The notes under the pieces are model-generated. The model searched no databases. It saw only the letters and a list, made by a program, of their open reading frames with translations, and was not told the DNA's origin. A DNA stretch of 64,000 bases, from positions 22,355 through 86,354 of the forward strand of contig JAHCAW010000010.1 of NCBI GenBank assembly GCA_019634695.1, read 5' to 3'. Position 1 is the first letter of the stretch. The number at the start of each line of letters is the position of its first letter. Shown piece after piece: positions 9,401-19,327 of the stretch. The DNA is from Candidatus Sumerlaeia bacterium. GTDB taxonomy: Bacteria > Sumerlaeota > Sumerlaeia > SLMS01 > JAHLLQ01. The translations under genes and the position numbers were made by a program.

Positions 9401-10768
9401 ATGCGCATCCTTCTCATCGCCCCCGCCACCGGAAAATGGCGCCGCACGGGCCGCCGCGCCCTCTTCAACGGCCGCACGTTCCGATTCTCGCTCCTCAGCC
9501 TGCTCACCATCGCCGCCGAAACGCCCCCCGAGCACGAGGTGCGCATCATCGACGAACAGGTCGAGGACGTCCCCTTCGACGCCGACGCGGACCTGGTCGG
9601 GGTGACGTGCATGACGGCGCTGGCACCGCGCGCCTACGAGATCGCCGCGCGTTTCCGCGCCCGCGGCATCCCGGTGGTGCTCGGCGGCATGCACCCGTCG
9701 TTGTGCACGGACGAGGCGCTCGGCCGGGCGGACGCCGTCGTGCGCGGGGAGGTCGAGGGAATCTGGGCGCAGGTGCTGGAGGACGCCGCCGCGGGTCGCC
9801 TGAGCGGACTGTATCAGGCGCCGACGCTGCCCGACCTCGCCGGCCTCAAGCGGCCGCCGCGCCATCTCCTCAACTCCCGCGAGTACGCCACGATCAACTC
9901 CGTGCAGGCGACGCGCGGTTGCCCGCACACGTGCGACTTCTGCTCCATCCGCGCCTTCCATCCCAGCGGCCAGCGCCAACGCCCGGTCGGCGAGGTCGTC
10001 GCCGAGGTGGCCACGCTGCCGGGGCGATTTGTTCTGTTCGTGGACGATCATCTTGCCGGCAACCGGGCCTACGCGGAGGAGCTGTTCAAGGCCCTCGTCC
10101 CGCTGCGCAAGCTCTGGGTGACGCAGTGCACGCTGTCGATCGGCCATGACGAACGCTTCGTCGAACTCGCCGCGCGTGCCGGCTGCTTCGGTATCTTCTC
10201 GGGCATCGAGTCCTTCTCGCAGGAGGCGCTCGGCGGCGTGCACAAGCGCTTCAATCGCGTGGAGCGCTACCGCGACGCCATCGCCTGCCTGCACGCGCAC
10301 GGCATCGGCGTGGAGGCGGGAATCGTTTTCGGGTTCGACCAGGACGACCCAAGCGTGTTCGAGACGACGCTCAAGGCGGTCGAGGAGTTGGGAATCGATG
10401 CCGTGCAGACTTCGATCATGACGCCGCTGCCCGGCACGCCGCTGTTCGAGCGCATGGGGCCGCGCCTGCGCCATCGCGACTGGTCGCTCTACGACCTGCA
10501 CAACTGCGTCTTCGAGCCGGCCGGCATGACGGCCGAGCAGCTTGAGGCGGGCCATGACTGGTTCACGCGCGAGTTCTATCGGCCGGACCGCATCGCGCGA
10601 CGGCTGGCGCGGCACATGATGCGCCCTCGCGGCATCGAGTCCGTGCGGTACGTCGCGGCGCTGAACGCGGGCTACTACGGCCGGGTGACGCAGTGGAACC
10701 TGCGCGGCTGGAATCCGGCGCGCGCTTCGGCGGGTGTCCTGCGGAGTCCCCGGCTGGCGCGGGCGTAG
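9401..10768 (+). CDS. B12-binding domain-containing radical SAM protein
   Basis: The N-terminal cobalamin-binding-like region (MRILLIAP...DLVGVTCMT) is followed by the radical SAM cluster motif CPHTCDFC and a GIESFS motif. Confidence 0.85.
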   Translation: MRILLIAPATGKWRRTGRRALFNGRTFRFSLLSLLTIAAETPPEHEVRIIDEQVEDVPFDADADLVGVTCMTALAPRAYEIAARFRARGIPVVLGGMHPSLCTDEALGRADAVVRGEVEGIWAQVLEDAAAGRLSGLYQAPTLPDLAGLKRPPRHLLNSREYATINSVQATRGCPHTCDFCSIRAFHPSGQRQRPVGEVVAEVATLPGRFVLFVDDHLAGNRAYAEELFKALVPLRKLWVTQCTLSIGHDERFVELAARAGCFGIFSGIESFSQEALGGVHKRFNRVERYRDAIACLHAHGIGVEAGIVFGFDQDDPSVFETTLKAVEELGIDAVQTSIMTPLPGTPLFERMGPRLRHRDWSLYDLHNCVFEPAGMTAEQLEAGHDWFTREFYRPDRIARRLARHMMRPRGIESVRYVAALNAGYYGRVTQWNLRGWNPARASAGVLRSPRLARA

Positions 10769-10778
10769 GACAGAGCAC

Positions 10779-11953
10779 TCAGCACCGCGCGCCCATGTCC
10801 CGGAACCAGTGGGCCAGCTCGCGGGCGTGGTGTTCCCAGGTGTTCTCGGCCAGGACGAGTTCGCGCAGGCGGCGGGTGGGTTCTTCGAAGGTGGCCGGTT
10901 CGTCGAGGAAGCGGCGTACGAGGGCTTCGAAGGCCTGTTGGTCGCCGGCGGGGAAGAGGAGCGGATTGTCCGCGCCGAGCAGATCGCGAATCGGTTCGGT
11001 GGCGGGCAGCAGAAGTGGCCGTCCGATGGCGCCTGCTTCGAAGATCTTCGTCGGCGTCTGCGGAGCGTCGGCGCCGGGCACGAGCACTGCCGACGTTGCG
11101 GCGATCCAGCCGGGCATCTCGCGCTGCGGCACGCGACCGGTTTAGCGCCCAGACCGCGCTCGGTCCAGCCGGCGAGTTGCTCGCGGTAGCGTGCCAGCCG
11201 CTCGTCCGTCCCACCGACGACAAGGAAGCGCAGCCGCGGATGGCGGCCTTCGGCGAGCAGCTTGTCCGCCAGGTCCATGAACCAGCCCGGCTGGTGGTAC
11301 GAGTTCATCGAACCAACCCAGCCGAGCACGACGGCGTCTTCGGGCCAGCCGAGGCCCGCGCATTTCTTCTGGTCGGCGGCCTCGGGTCGGAAGATACGGG
11401 GATCGACGGCGGTGCTGAACTTTCGGATGTGGTCGCGCGGCACGCCATGGGCGACAAGGTCGCGAATCAAGGTGATCGACACCGCGGTGACCGCGGGCGC
11501 GTTCGCGATGACGCGTGTCTCGCGGCGCAGCGCGAGCTTCGGATAGTGAAGTCGATGCGCCAGTTCGATGGAGAGGATCGCGTTGATCTCCATGATGCGT
11601 GGAATGCCAAGGCGACGGGCAAGGCGCTCACCGGCGTCGAAGTAGAGCGCGTTGCGCTCGTAGATGGCGTCGGGTCGAAACTCGGACGCGTAGCGGGCCA
11701 GCACGCCGCGCGCGCGCCAGTTGGCCAGCATGTAGCGCCCATCAAGCCCGAGCTTGCGCGACTTCGGCGCGGGAAGCGCGCAGGTGGCGAAATCCTCGTC
11801 GGGCCGCCGGTCGCCGGAGAGGTCGGGCGCGGCGAGCGCCACCTCGTGCCCCTGGCGGCGGAACTCGGCGATCATCTCGCGGATGTGTGTCGAGGCTCCC
11901 TTGCGTCCGAAGACGGGGATGCCCTGGTCGCCGCAGATGTAGAGAATGCGCAT
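10779..11953 (-). pseudogene. GT4-family glycosyltransferase, frameshifted
   Basis: The N-terminal 270 codons from the ATG at 11953 (MRILYICGDQGIPVFGRKGASTHIREM...) are in one frame. The conserved C-terminal part (TGRVPQREMPGWIAA...KIFEAGAIGRPLL...) is in another. The switch is near 11,135-11,150 (GCTAAACC). The total span of 1,175 nt is not a multiple of 3. Confidence 0.6.
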
Positions 11954-11976
11954 GGACCGACGAGGACTCCGGAGAA

Positions 11977-14433
11977 TCAGCGGGCGAGCAGGGCGAGGGT
12001 GCGGCCGGGGACTTCGACATGGCCGGCGACGGCGGTGAGCGGTTGAAGGTCGGCGACGTGTCCGTGCGCGTAGACGTGCCACTGGCCGCGGCCGGGCAAA
12101 TCGAAGACGTGGTTGTCGCGCGTGGGGTTGATGAGGACGGCGGCCTCGCTCCATGTCTCGCCGCCGAGGCTGCGCCCATCGAGGGTGAAGACGATCGCCT
12201 CGGCCGCGGGAAGGCTGTCGTTGTGGAAGCGCAGGCGGCGGCGGACCTCGGCGGCCGTGCGCAGCCGGAACAACGGGTGCGCGCGGCGCAGGGCGATCAA
12301 GCCCTGATGGAAGGCCACCTCCGTGCGATAGCGGCGCTTCCAGGCCCAGACGAACTTGTTGAACTCGTCGCCGGCGTTGTACGAGTTGTGATGCCCCTTC
12401 TTCGTGCGCAGCATCTCCTCGCCACCGTGGAGGAACAGCACGCCCTGCGAGACGGCCAGGATGCCGAAGGTCAGCAGGTGCATCTTGATGCGTTCGCGGG
12501 CGTCCTCGTGGCTGGAGACGGCGAGCTTGTCCCACAGCGTCAGGTTGTCGTGACAGGTGGCGTAGTTGATCGTGTCGACCGGCCCGACGGTCCAGTCGTC
12601 GATCGAGCCGGCGATGCCGCGCATGACCGCCTCGCGACCGTGCCCGTTCTGCACGTAGCCCGGCGCGCCGCCGTCGGGTTCGCCCTTGAGCGCATTGCGA
12701 TAGCGGTCGTTGAAAGCGGCAATGCCGGTGCCGCGAATCGCGCCGGCGTCGGTGATGTGGTGGACGCCGCTGGGCCCCGCCACCCACGGCTCGCCGTAGA
12801 GCAGGATGCCCGGATGCACCATCACCAGGTCCTCACGAATCTCCAGCAACGTTTCGACATCCATCAGGCCCATCAGGTCGAACCGGAAGCCATCGACGCC
12901 GTACTCCTCGACCCAGAAGCGGCAGGAATCGACGATGAACTTGCGCACCATCGGGGCCTCGGAGCGCACCTCGGTGCCGCAGCCCGAGCCGTTCCAGAGC
13001 GTGCCGTCCGGCCGCTGGCGATGGAAATAGTTCGGCACCAACTGCTCGAACGTGTTCTGCACGCCGGTGTGGTTGTAGACGACATCGAGGATCACGCCGA
13101 TGCCGGCCTCGTGCAGGCCATGGATAAGTTGCTTCAGTTCGCGAACGCGCGCCGGGCCACGCACCTCCGAGGCATACCATCCCTCGGGCGAGTCGAAGAA
13201 CGCCGTCATGTAGCCCCAATTGTACTCCGGCGCCGACTCGTCGTTGTCAAAGCACTGGACCGGCAGGAGTTGGACGTGCGTGACGCCAAGTTCCTTGAGG
13301 TGGTCGATGCCGGTGGTAATGTCGTAGTCCTCCGGCAGGCGGGTGCCGGATTCGACGAAGCCGAGGTACTTGCCGCGGCGATTGACTCCCGAATCGCTGG
13401 AGATCGTGAAGTCGCGGACGTGGGCCTCGTAGATGACGGCATCGACGATGGAACGAACCACCGTGGGGCGGCGCAGCGGGCGGAAGCCCTCGGGTTCGAC
13501 GGCACGCAGGTTGGTGATGCGAACTCGGCCGTCGAGTCCGGTCGTGTTGCGGGCGAAGGGATCGAGGAACTCGGGGCCGCGCTCCTGGCCGGGCAGGGTA
13601 ACGCGGAGCATGTAGTGTTTGCCCTCGAGGTCGCCCGGAACGCGGGCCTGCCAAACGCCGTGGCTCTTGCGCTCCAGGGGGACTTCCTTGCGGCCCGCCG
13701 GGCCGGTGGGGCCGTCGTAGAGCACGACGTCGAGCGCGCTGGCCGGCGGCGAGAAGTAGCGGAAGACGGTTGCCTCGTGCGTGTACATTGCGCCAAGCGG
13801 CTCGTCGGTGCCGAACAACTCGGGGTCCATCATGATCTCGCGCGGCACGATCGGGCAGGGCAGGTAGCCGTCCAGATGCGCCGTCAGCACGCGCGGACGC
13901 GCGCCGAGCGATTCCTCCATCCGCCCTTCGACGACCCAACTGCGGTTGTTGGCGATGTCGTACGGAATCAGCCGGGTGACCGGCGGACAGGCGCCGTCGG
14001 GCGAGACGATGCGCAGTTTCAGACCGGTGAGTTCGTCCACCAGCACGGGGTGCGACAGGCCCAGGACCACGCGCGCAAGGCCGTCGAGGAAGGCTCTGCG
14101 GATGCGGGGCCGGACATCGGGCGGGCTGGTATGCACCTTGGGGTCGCCCTCGACCAGCCAGACCTCGTTGCCCAAGGCCGGCGTCCAGAGGCGGTCCGGG
14201 CCGTCCTTGTGCTCCCAGGACTGGCGCACGCGCGGGACGAATCCCAGCCGGCAGTCGCCGGTGCCGCCGCATCGCCAGTCTGCCGGGTCGATGCGGAAGA
14301 CGACCCCGAAGTCGTCCGGCGTGTCGCCGAACACCTCATGGGCAATCGAGGCCTGTCCCTCGGTGGCGTTCCAGACCCAGAGCCCCACGTCGTTGTAGTC
14401 GCGGCTGGTGCGGTGGTAGTGGAAGACGATCAT
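11977..14433 (-). CDS. pulA: Type I pullulanase (GH13)
   Basis: The ATG at 14433 gives MIVFHYHRTSRDYNDVGLWVWN. GH13 regions include ILDVVYNHT, VDGFRFDLMG and YATCHDN, and the N-terminal region is CBM-like. Confidence 0.85.
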   Translation of the reverse strand: MIVFHYHRTSRDYNDVGLWVWNATEGQASIAHEVFGDTPDDFGVVFRIDPADWRCGGTGDCRLGFVPRVRQSWEHKDGPDRLWTPALGNEVWLVEGDPKVHTSPPDVRPRIRRAFLDGLARVVLGLSHPVLVDELTGLKLRIVSPDGACPPVTRLIPYDIANNRSWVVEGRMEESLGARPRVLTAHLDGYLPCPIVPREIMMDPELFGTDEPLGAMYTHEATVFRYFSPPASALDVVLYDGPTGPAGRKEVPLERKSHGVWQARVPGDLEGKHYMLRVTLPGQERGPEFLDPFARNTTGLDGRVRITNLRAVEPEGFRPLRRPTVVRSIVDAVIYEAHVRDFTISSDSGVNRRGKYLGFVESGTRLPEDYDITTGIDHLKELGVTHVQLLPVQCFDNDESAPEYNWGYMTAFFDSPEGWYASEVRGPARVRELKQLIHGLHEAGIGVILDVVYNHTGVQNTFEQLVPNYFHRQRPDGTLWNGSGCGTEVRSEAPMVRKFIVDSCRFWVEEYGVDGFRFDLMGLMDVETLLEIREDLVMVHPGILLYGEPWVAGPSGVHHITDAGAIRGTGIAAFNDRYRNALKGEPDGGAPGYVQNGHGREAVMRGIAGSIDDWTVGPVDTINYATCHDNLTLWDKLAVSSHEDARERIKMHLLTFGILAVSQGVLFLHGGEEMLRTKKGHHNSYNAGDEFNKFVWAWKRRYRTEVAFHQGLIALRRAHPLFRLRTAAEVRRRLRFHNDSLPAAEAIVFTLDGRSLGGETWSEAAVLINPTRDNHVFDLPGRGQWHVYAHGHVADLQPLTAVAGHVEVPGRTLALLAR

Positions 14434-14623
14434 CGTGGCGGGTGAAGCTCCGACGGGCGGTTGGGTGCGGCGCGCGAGCCGAAGAGGAGGCTGGGACCGC
14501 GAGGGGAATTCGGGCAAGGGAAAGGCTTGGTGGCGCGCGCGTTGGAGTTGACCGCCCCGTGCAAACGGGACAGGATCGCCCGTCGTTGTGGATGAATCGG
14601 ATATCCGACAAGGATGGCAGGCG

Positions 14624-14884
14624 ATGGCCGCGAAGAAATCCGACGCCGAGAAGAAGGCCCTGCCGTTGGAGAAGTCGCTCGAGCGACTCGAGGAGATCGT
14701 CGCGAAGCTGGAGTCGGGCGAGGTGTCGCTCGAGAAGTCGATCGAGCTCTACGAGGAAGGGCGCCGTCTGGGAGGCGAATGCCTGGAGCGGCTGGAGGTG
14801 CTGGAGCGCCGCGTCCAGCTCGTGCGCGAGCGGGCGGACGGAACGCTGGAAACCGAGGAGTTCGAGGACGCGGATGAGGGTTGA
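14624..14884 (+). CDS. xseB: Exodeoxyribonuclease VII small subunit
   Basis: The product reads MAAKKSDAEKKALPLEKSLERLEEIVAKLESGEVSLEKSIELYEEG. An AAGGA RBS is present, and the gene is adjacent to dxs as in many bacteria. Confidence 0.85.
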   Translation: MAAKKSDAEKKALPLEKSLERLEEIVAKLESGEVSLEKSIELYEEGRRLGGECLERLEVLERRVQLVRERADGTLETEEFEDADEG

Positions 14885-14965
14885 CGCCGTGGGCGGGCGG
14901 CCCGCGTCTTGCACGCAGAATGGGGGCGCGGGCGCACCGGCGCCCCCCAACCCGAGGAGTCCGGA

Positions 14966-16918
14966 ATGTCCCATTCGCACGCCGAACGCCTGAGTCCCCT
15001 GCGGTTGCAGGCTGGCGTGGACGCCGCCGAAGAGACCGACTCCGCCCCCGCCTGCCTGCTGGACCAGATCGTCGGGCCCGCCGACGTTCAGGCGCTGACC
15101 GTGCCCGAACTCGAGCAGCTCGCCGCCGACGTGCGCCACCGCATCATCGACGTCATCGCACGCAACGGCGGGCACTTCGGCTCCCCGCTCGGCGCCGTCG
15201 ACCTGACCATTGCGCTGCTCAAGACTTTGGACGTGCCCACCGACCGCGTCGTCTGGGACGTCGGGCACCAAGCTTATGCCTGGAAAATCCTGACCGGCCG
15301 CAACGAGCGCTTCGAGACCGTGCGCCAGTACGGTGGCCTGTCCGGATTCCTGAAGCGCACCGAGAGCCCGTGCGACGCCTTTGGCGCCGGGCATGCCTCG
15401 ACTTCCATCGCGGCCGCCCTCGGCATGGCCTTGGCCCGCGACCAGCACGATCAGAACCACCGCGTCGTGGCCGTTATCGGCGATGGCGCCATGACCGGCG
15501 GCATGGCCTACGAGGCCTTCAATAACGCGGGCCTGCGCAAGACGCGCATGCTCGTCGTCTTCAACGACAACGAGATGTCGATCGGCAAGAACGTCTGGGT
15601 CGTCCACGAGATGTTCCGCAAGGCGGTCACGTCCTCCTTCTACACGCGCATGCGCCGCGAGGTGGTCGACCTCATCAAGAAGATGAGCCCGGACAGCTTC
15701 ATCAACTACGCCCATCGCGTCGAGGAGGCAGTCAAAGGTTTCTTCGTCCCGGGCATCTTCTTCGAAGAGTTGGGCTTCCGCTACATCGGTCCGGTCGACG
15801 GGCACAACATGGGCACGATGGTCGAGACGCTGGAGGCGATCCGCGACTGGCCGGGGCCGATCTGCCTGCACGTCATCACGCGCAAGGGGAAGGGCTACAA
15901 GTTCGCCGAGGACGATCCGATCGCCTATCACGCCGCGGCCAACATGAAGATCGAGACCGGAGTGATGGCCCAGAAGGATGGCCCGCCGGCGCTGACCAAG
16001 GTCTTCGGCACGACGCTGACCGAGTTGGCCCGCACGAATCCGCACATCGTCGCCATCACGGCGGCGATGGATTCGGGGACGGGACTCAACATCTTCGGGC
16101 GCGAGTTCCCCGAGCGCTTCTACGACGTTGGCATTGCCGAGGAGTGCGCCGTCACCATGGCCGCCGGCATGGCCGCCGAAGGCCTGCGCCCCGTGTGCGC
16201 CATCTACTCCACGTTTCTGCAGCGCGCTTTCGATCAGGCCATCCACGATGTCGCGCTTCAGCACCTGCCCGTCTTCTTCGTGCTCGACCGCGCCGGTCTC
16301 GTTGGCGCCGACGGGCCGACCCATCACGGCGTCTTCGATCTGTCGTACATGCGCATGATCCCCGAAATGGTCATCATGGCCCCGCGCGACGAGGTGATGC
16401 TGCGCGACATGACTGCCACGGGTGTCGCGTACACCGCGGGCCCGATCGCCATGCGCTACCCGCGCGGTTCCGCCAAGGGGCTCGACACGTCGCGTGCCCC
16501 GCAGGCGATCCCCATCGGCACCGGCGAGATTCTGCGCCAAGGCCAACGCGTCGCCTTGGTTGGCATCGGCAACATGGTCGGCACGTTCGAGAAGACCGCG
16601 GAACTGCTAGAGAATAAACTCGGCCACCCGGTGACGGTCGTGGACGCCCGCTTCGTCAAGCCGCTGGACCGGGCTCTGCTGACCGATCTGGTCGCCACGC
16701 ACGAGGCGGTCTTCACGGCCGAGGACAACGTGCTCGCCGGCGGCTTCGGCTCTGCGGTCAACGAGATGCTGGTCGAAGAAGGCCTGCCCGGCCGCGTGGT
16801 GCCCTTCGGCATCCCGGATCGTTTTGTCGATCACGGTTCGCCCGAGCAACTCTTCGAGGAACTCGAGCTGACCCCGGACCACCTCGCCCGCCGCATCCTC
16901 GCCCACCTCGGCGCCTGA
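14966..16918 (+). CDS. dxs: 1-deoxy-D-xylulose-5-phosphate synthase
   Basis: A GAGGAG RBS precedes the start. Motifs include GGHFGSPLGAVDLTIAL, WDVGHQAYAWKILTGR and AVIGDGAMTGGMAYEA. Confidence 0.95.
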   Translation: MSHSHAERLSPLRLQAGVDAAEETDSAPACLLDQIVGPADVQALTVPELEQLAADVRHRIIDVIARNGGHFGSPLGAVDLTIALLKTLDVPTDRVVWDVGHQAYAWKILTGRNERFETVRQYGGLSGFLKRTESPCDAFGAGHASTSIAAALGMALARDQHDQNHRVVAVIGDGAMTGGMAYEAFNNAGLRKTRMLVVFNDNEMSIGKNVWVVHEMFRKAVTSSFYTRMRREVVDLIKKMSPDSFINYAHRVEEAVKGFFVPGIFFEELGFRYIGPVDGHNMGTMVETLEAIRDWPGPICLHVITRKGKGYKFAEDDPIAYHAAANMKIETGVMAQKDGPPALTKVFGTTLTELARTNPHIVAITAAMDSGTGLNIFGREFPERFYDVGIAEECAVTMAAGMAAEGLRPVCAIYSTFLQRAFDQAIHDVALQHLPVFFVLDRAGLVGADGPTHHGVFDLSYMRMIPEMVIMAPRDEVMLRDMTATGVAYTAGPIAMRYPRGSAKGLDTSRAPQAIPIGTGEILRQGQRVALVGIGNMVGTFEKTAELLENKLGHPVTVVDARFVKPLDRALLTDLVATHEAVFTAEDNVLAGGFGSAVNEMLVEEGLPGRVVPFGIPDRFVDHGSPEQLFEELELTPDHLARRILAHLGA

Positions 16919-16939
16919 CGCCGCTTTCGCTGCGGACCA

Positions 16940-18034
16940 TCAGGTCAAGGCGCCGCGTGCGGCGACCGGCCAGAGGCACTCGACCCGTCCGCTGCGAACG
17001 CCAACGTACCAATCGTAGCGGTCCACGGTCGGGTCGCAGTGACCGGGCACGAGGCGCAGCTTGCTTCCGAGTGCCGGGCCTTGCGTGTTCGGATCGAACG
17101 CGAGTTTGCCGTGCTCGTCGGAAGCATCGATATACTGCCATTCGGGATGCTGCCAGACGAGGGGCAGGCCGGAATCGACGGCCAGGGCCTTGTGCCCCGC
17201 GTCGAGCACCGCGACGCCTGGACGCGCCGCGCTCATCACGGTCGCCAAGACGAAGAGCGATTGCCGGAACATCGAGACGGGCGCGCCGGATTCGTCGAGG
17301 TTCCGCCCATAGTCCGCGTCCATGAAGATGTAGCTGCCCGCCTGGATTTCGTTGTAGATACCCGACGCCATCTCGCAGGCGAACGTGCCGGTGCCGCCGC
17401 CAGCGACGACGGGGCAGGCGATGCCCGCTTCGCGCAACAGGGCGACGGTCTGCTCCGCCGAGGCGCTGGCGTGCGCGATGGCGGCGCGGCGCTCGGCCAC
17501 GGTGCGCAGGTGCTGGGCGCTGCCGTGATAGGCCTGAATGCCACCGAAGCGCAGATGCGGAGAGGCCACGACGCGACGCGCAAGGGCGACGGCCGCAGTA
17601 CCGGGCGCAACACCACAGCGCGCACCGCCGGCGTCGATTTCGACCAGAACGGTCAGCGTGACGCGCGCGCCCGCCGCGGCCGCTTCGAGCGCGGCGACCT
17701 GCTCGTCGGCGTCGACACAGACCGAGATCGTCGCGATGCGCGCCAAGGCTGCCAGGCGCGCCAGCTTCGATGCGCCGACGACCTCGTTGCTCACGAGGAT
17801 GTCGCGCACGCCGCCCCATGCGAGCACTTCGGCCTCGGCCACCTTCTGGACGCACTGGCCGATGGCGCCGCGCGCCGCCTGCAAGTGCGCGATCACGGGC
17901 GACTTGTGCGTCTTGGCGTGGGCACGCAACCGCACACCGGTGGGCGCAAGGATCGCGGCCATCGTGTCGAGATTGGCCTCGAGGGCATCGAGATCGATCA
18001 GCAGTGCCGGCGTGTCGATTTCGGATTCTGACAT
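16940..18034 (-). CDS. DSD1-family PLP enzyme (D-threonine aldolase / D-serine dehydratase-like)
   Basis: The N-terminal domain is alanine-racemase-like: IDTPALLIDLDALEANL...RAHAKTHKS (PLP lysine context)...GHCDPTV. The start is uncertain; the ORF opens at 18079 and ATG candidates lie at 18064 and 18034. Confidence 0.7.
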   Translation of the reverse strand: MSESEIDTPALLIDLDALEANLDTMAAILAPTGVRLRAHAKTHKSPVIAHLQAARGAIGQCVQKVAEAEVLAWGGVRDILVSNEVVGASKLARLAALARIATISVCVDADEQVAALEAAAAGARVTLTVLVEIDAGGARCGVAPGTAAVALARRVVASPHLRFGGIQAYHGSAQHLRTVAERRAAIAHASASAEQTVALLREAGIACPVVAGGGTGTFACEMASGIYNEIQAGSYIFMDADYGRNLDESGAPVSMFRQSLFVLATVMSAARPGVAVLDAGHKALAVDSGLPLVWQHPEWQYIDASDEHGKLAFDPNTQGPALGSKLRLVPGHCDPTVDRYDWYVGVRSGRVECLWPVAARGALT

Positions 18035-18082
18035 GCCGGGAACGGCGGGCGGGGCTTGCAGCATGGGAGATGGTACCAAGGG

Positions 18083-19327
18083 TCAGGGTTGGACCGGCAG
18101 GGTGATGACGAAGCGGGTGCCGCGCGGGTCGGCGTCCTCGACGCGGATGCTGCCGCCGAGATCGGAGAGAATCTGCGCGCAAATGTAGAGCCCGAGCCCG
18201 GATCCGCCGGCGTCGGCGCGCGTGCTGGCAAAGGGCTCGAAGATGGTGTCGCGAATGCCGGGCGCGATGCCGGGACCGTTGTCCTCGACGTGGACCTCGA
18301 TGGTCTTCTCCCCCACCAGCAGGCGCAGGCGCAGCAGGCCCTTGCCCCCCATTGCCTGATAGGCGTTGAGGACGAGATTGGAGAAGAGTTGGACGAGACG
18401 ATACGGCGGCGCGAGCACCAGAGGCGGTGGCGTGGCGGGCAGGTCGCGCTCGACGATGACGTCGCCCTGTTCGTAGCGGACGAGGGCGACGGCGCGTTCG
18501 AGCGAGTCGGCAACGTCGCAGTATTCGTCGCTGTCGCCTTCGGCGCGCACGAACTGCTCGAAGCCGAGTTCACGCAGGATGCGCAGGAAGAGGTCGGTCT
18601 GTTCCTTCATGGCGGCAACGGCGTCGCGCACTGGGGGATCGAGCGTGCCGGGCGCGAGCAGGTCGTCCGCTTCATGCTTGATGTTGAGAATTGGCTTCTT
18701 GATGTCGTGGAAGATGTTGGCGGAAAGCTGGCCGGCGAGTGCGAGCCGTTCGAGGCGAATGACCTCCGCACGGCGCCGCTCGAGTTCGCTGACGGTGCGA
18801 TTGAGTTCGAGTTCCTTGCCGCGTTGGCGGAAGACGAGCAGCCCGAGACAGAGCACGAGGAAGAGGACGAAGAGGAGGATAGTGCGGTCGACTGCCTCGC
18901 GATTACCGCGGGCGAGCTTGACGTAGAGGGCTCCCGCAGGATTGTCGGCCGAGCCCACGGGCAGCCGCTCCCATCCGGCGACCTCCTGCTGCCAGGCGTC
19001 ATTGTCGAGTGCATACCAGAACGGATGAACGAGGACCTCGCGGCCGTCGAGCAGGCGCTTGGCGACGAACAGGCGCGCGATGAGGTCGCTCTCCTGATAG
19101 CTCTCGGCGGTGGACTCGATGACGGAGAAGCGAATGGCGGCATTCTCGGGACGACCGAGTAGGTTGCCGCGCTCGAAGACGCGAACGAGGCTGGAGAGGG
19201 CGGCGCGCTCCTCGCGCACCAGTCGGCCGCGCAGCCAAAAGAGCGTGGCAAGGGCGACGAGCGAAAGCACCAGCGCAAGAAAGAGCGGCCAGCGGGCGGG
19301 CGCACGGCGTGTGGCGGCGGGTGTCAT
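18083..19327 (-). CDS. Sensor histidine kinase
   Basis: Two TM segments flank a periplasmic region. The H-box is ANIFHDIKKP, and the HATPase boxes are NLVLNAYQA, DNGPGI and GSGLGL. There is no adjacent response regulator. Confidence 0.85.
   Translation of the reverse strand: MTPAATRRAPARWPLFLALVLSLVALATLFWLRGRLVREERAALSSLVRVFERGNLLGRPENAAIRFSVIESTAESYQESDLIARLFVAKRLLDGREVLVHPFWYALDNDAWQQEVAGWERLPVGSADNPAGALYVKLARGNREAVDRTILLFVLFLVLCLGLLVFRQRGKELELNRTVSELERRRAEVIRLERLALAGQLSANIFHDIKKPILNIKHEADDLLAPGTLDPPVRDAVAAMKEQTDLFLRILRELGFEQFVRAEGDSDEYCDVADSLERAVALVRYEQGDVIVERDLPATPPPLVLAPPYRLVQLFSNLVLNAYQAMGGKGLLRLRLLVGEKTIEVHVEDNGPGIAPGIRDTIFEPFASTRADAGGSGLGLYICAQILSDLGGSIRVEDADPRGTRFVITLPVQP

Noticed and set aside
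8126-12787. 1,553-aa minus-strand ORF, the longest in this part of the track
   Set aside because: It is a read-through artefact of stop-poor high-GC DNA. Only its C-terminal 352 aa (YhaM-like, 8126-9181) and an internal segment (the GT4 N-terminal half, up to 11953) look like real proteins. The stretches between are Arg/Pro/Ala-rich junk lying antisense to the radical SAM gene.
11599-14445. 948-aa plus-strand ORF
   Set aside because: It is antisense to the well-supported pullulanase gene. It has Arg/Gly/Ala-rich low-complexity composition and no recognisable motifs, a typical shadow ORF.
14336-16546. 736-aa minus-strand ORF
   Set aside because: It is antisense to dxs, whose identity is unambiguous. 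It shows no motifs and has shadow-ORF composition.
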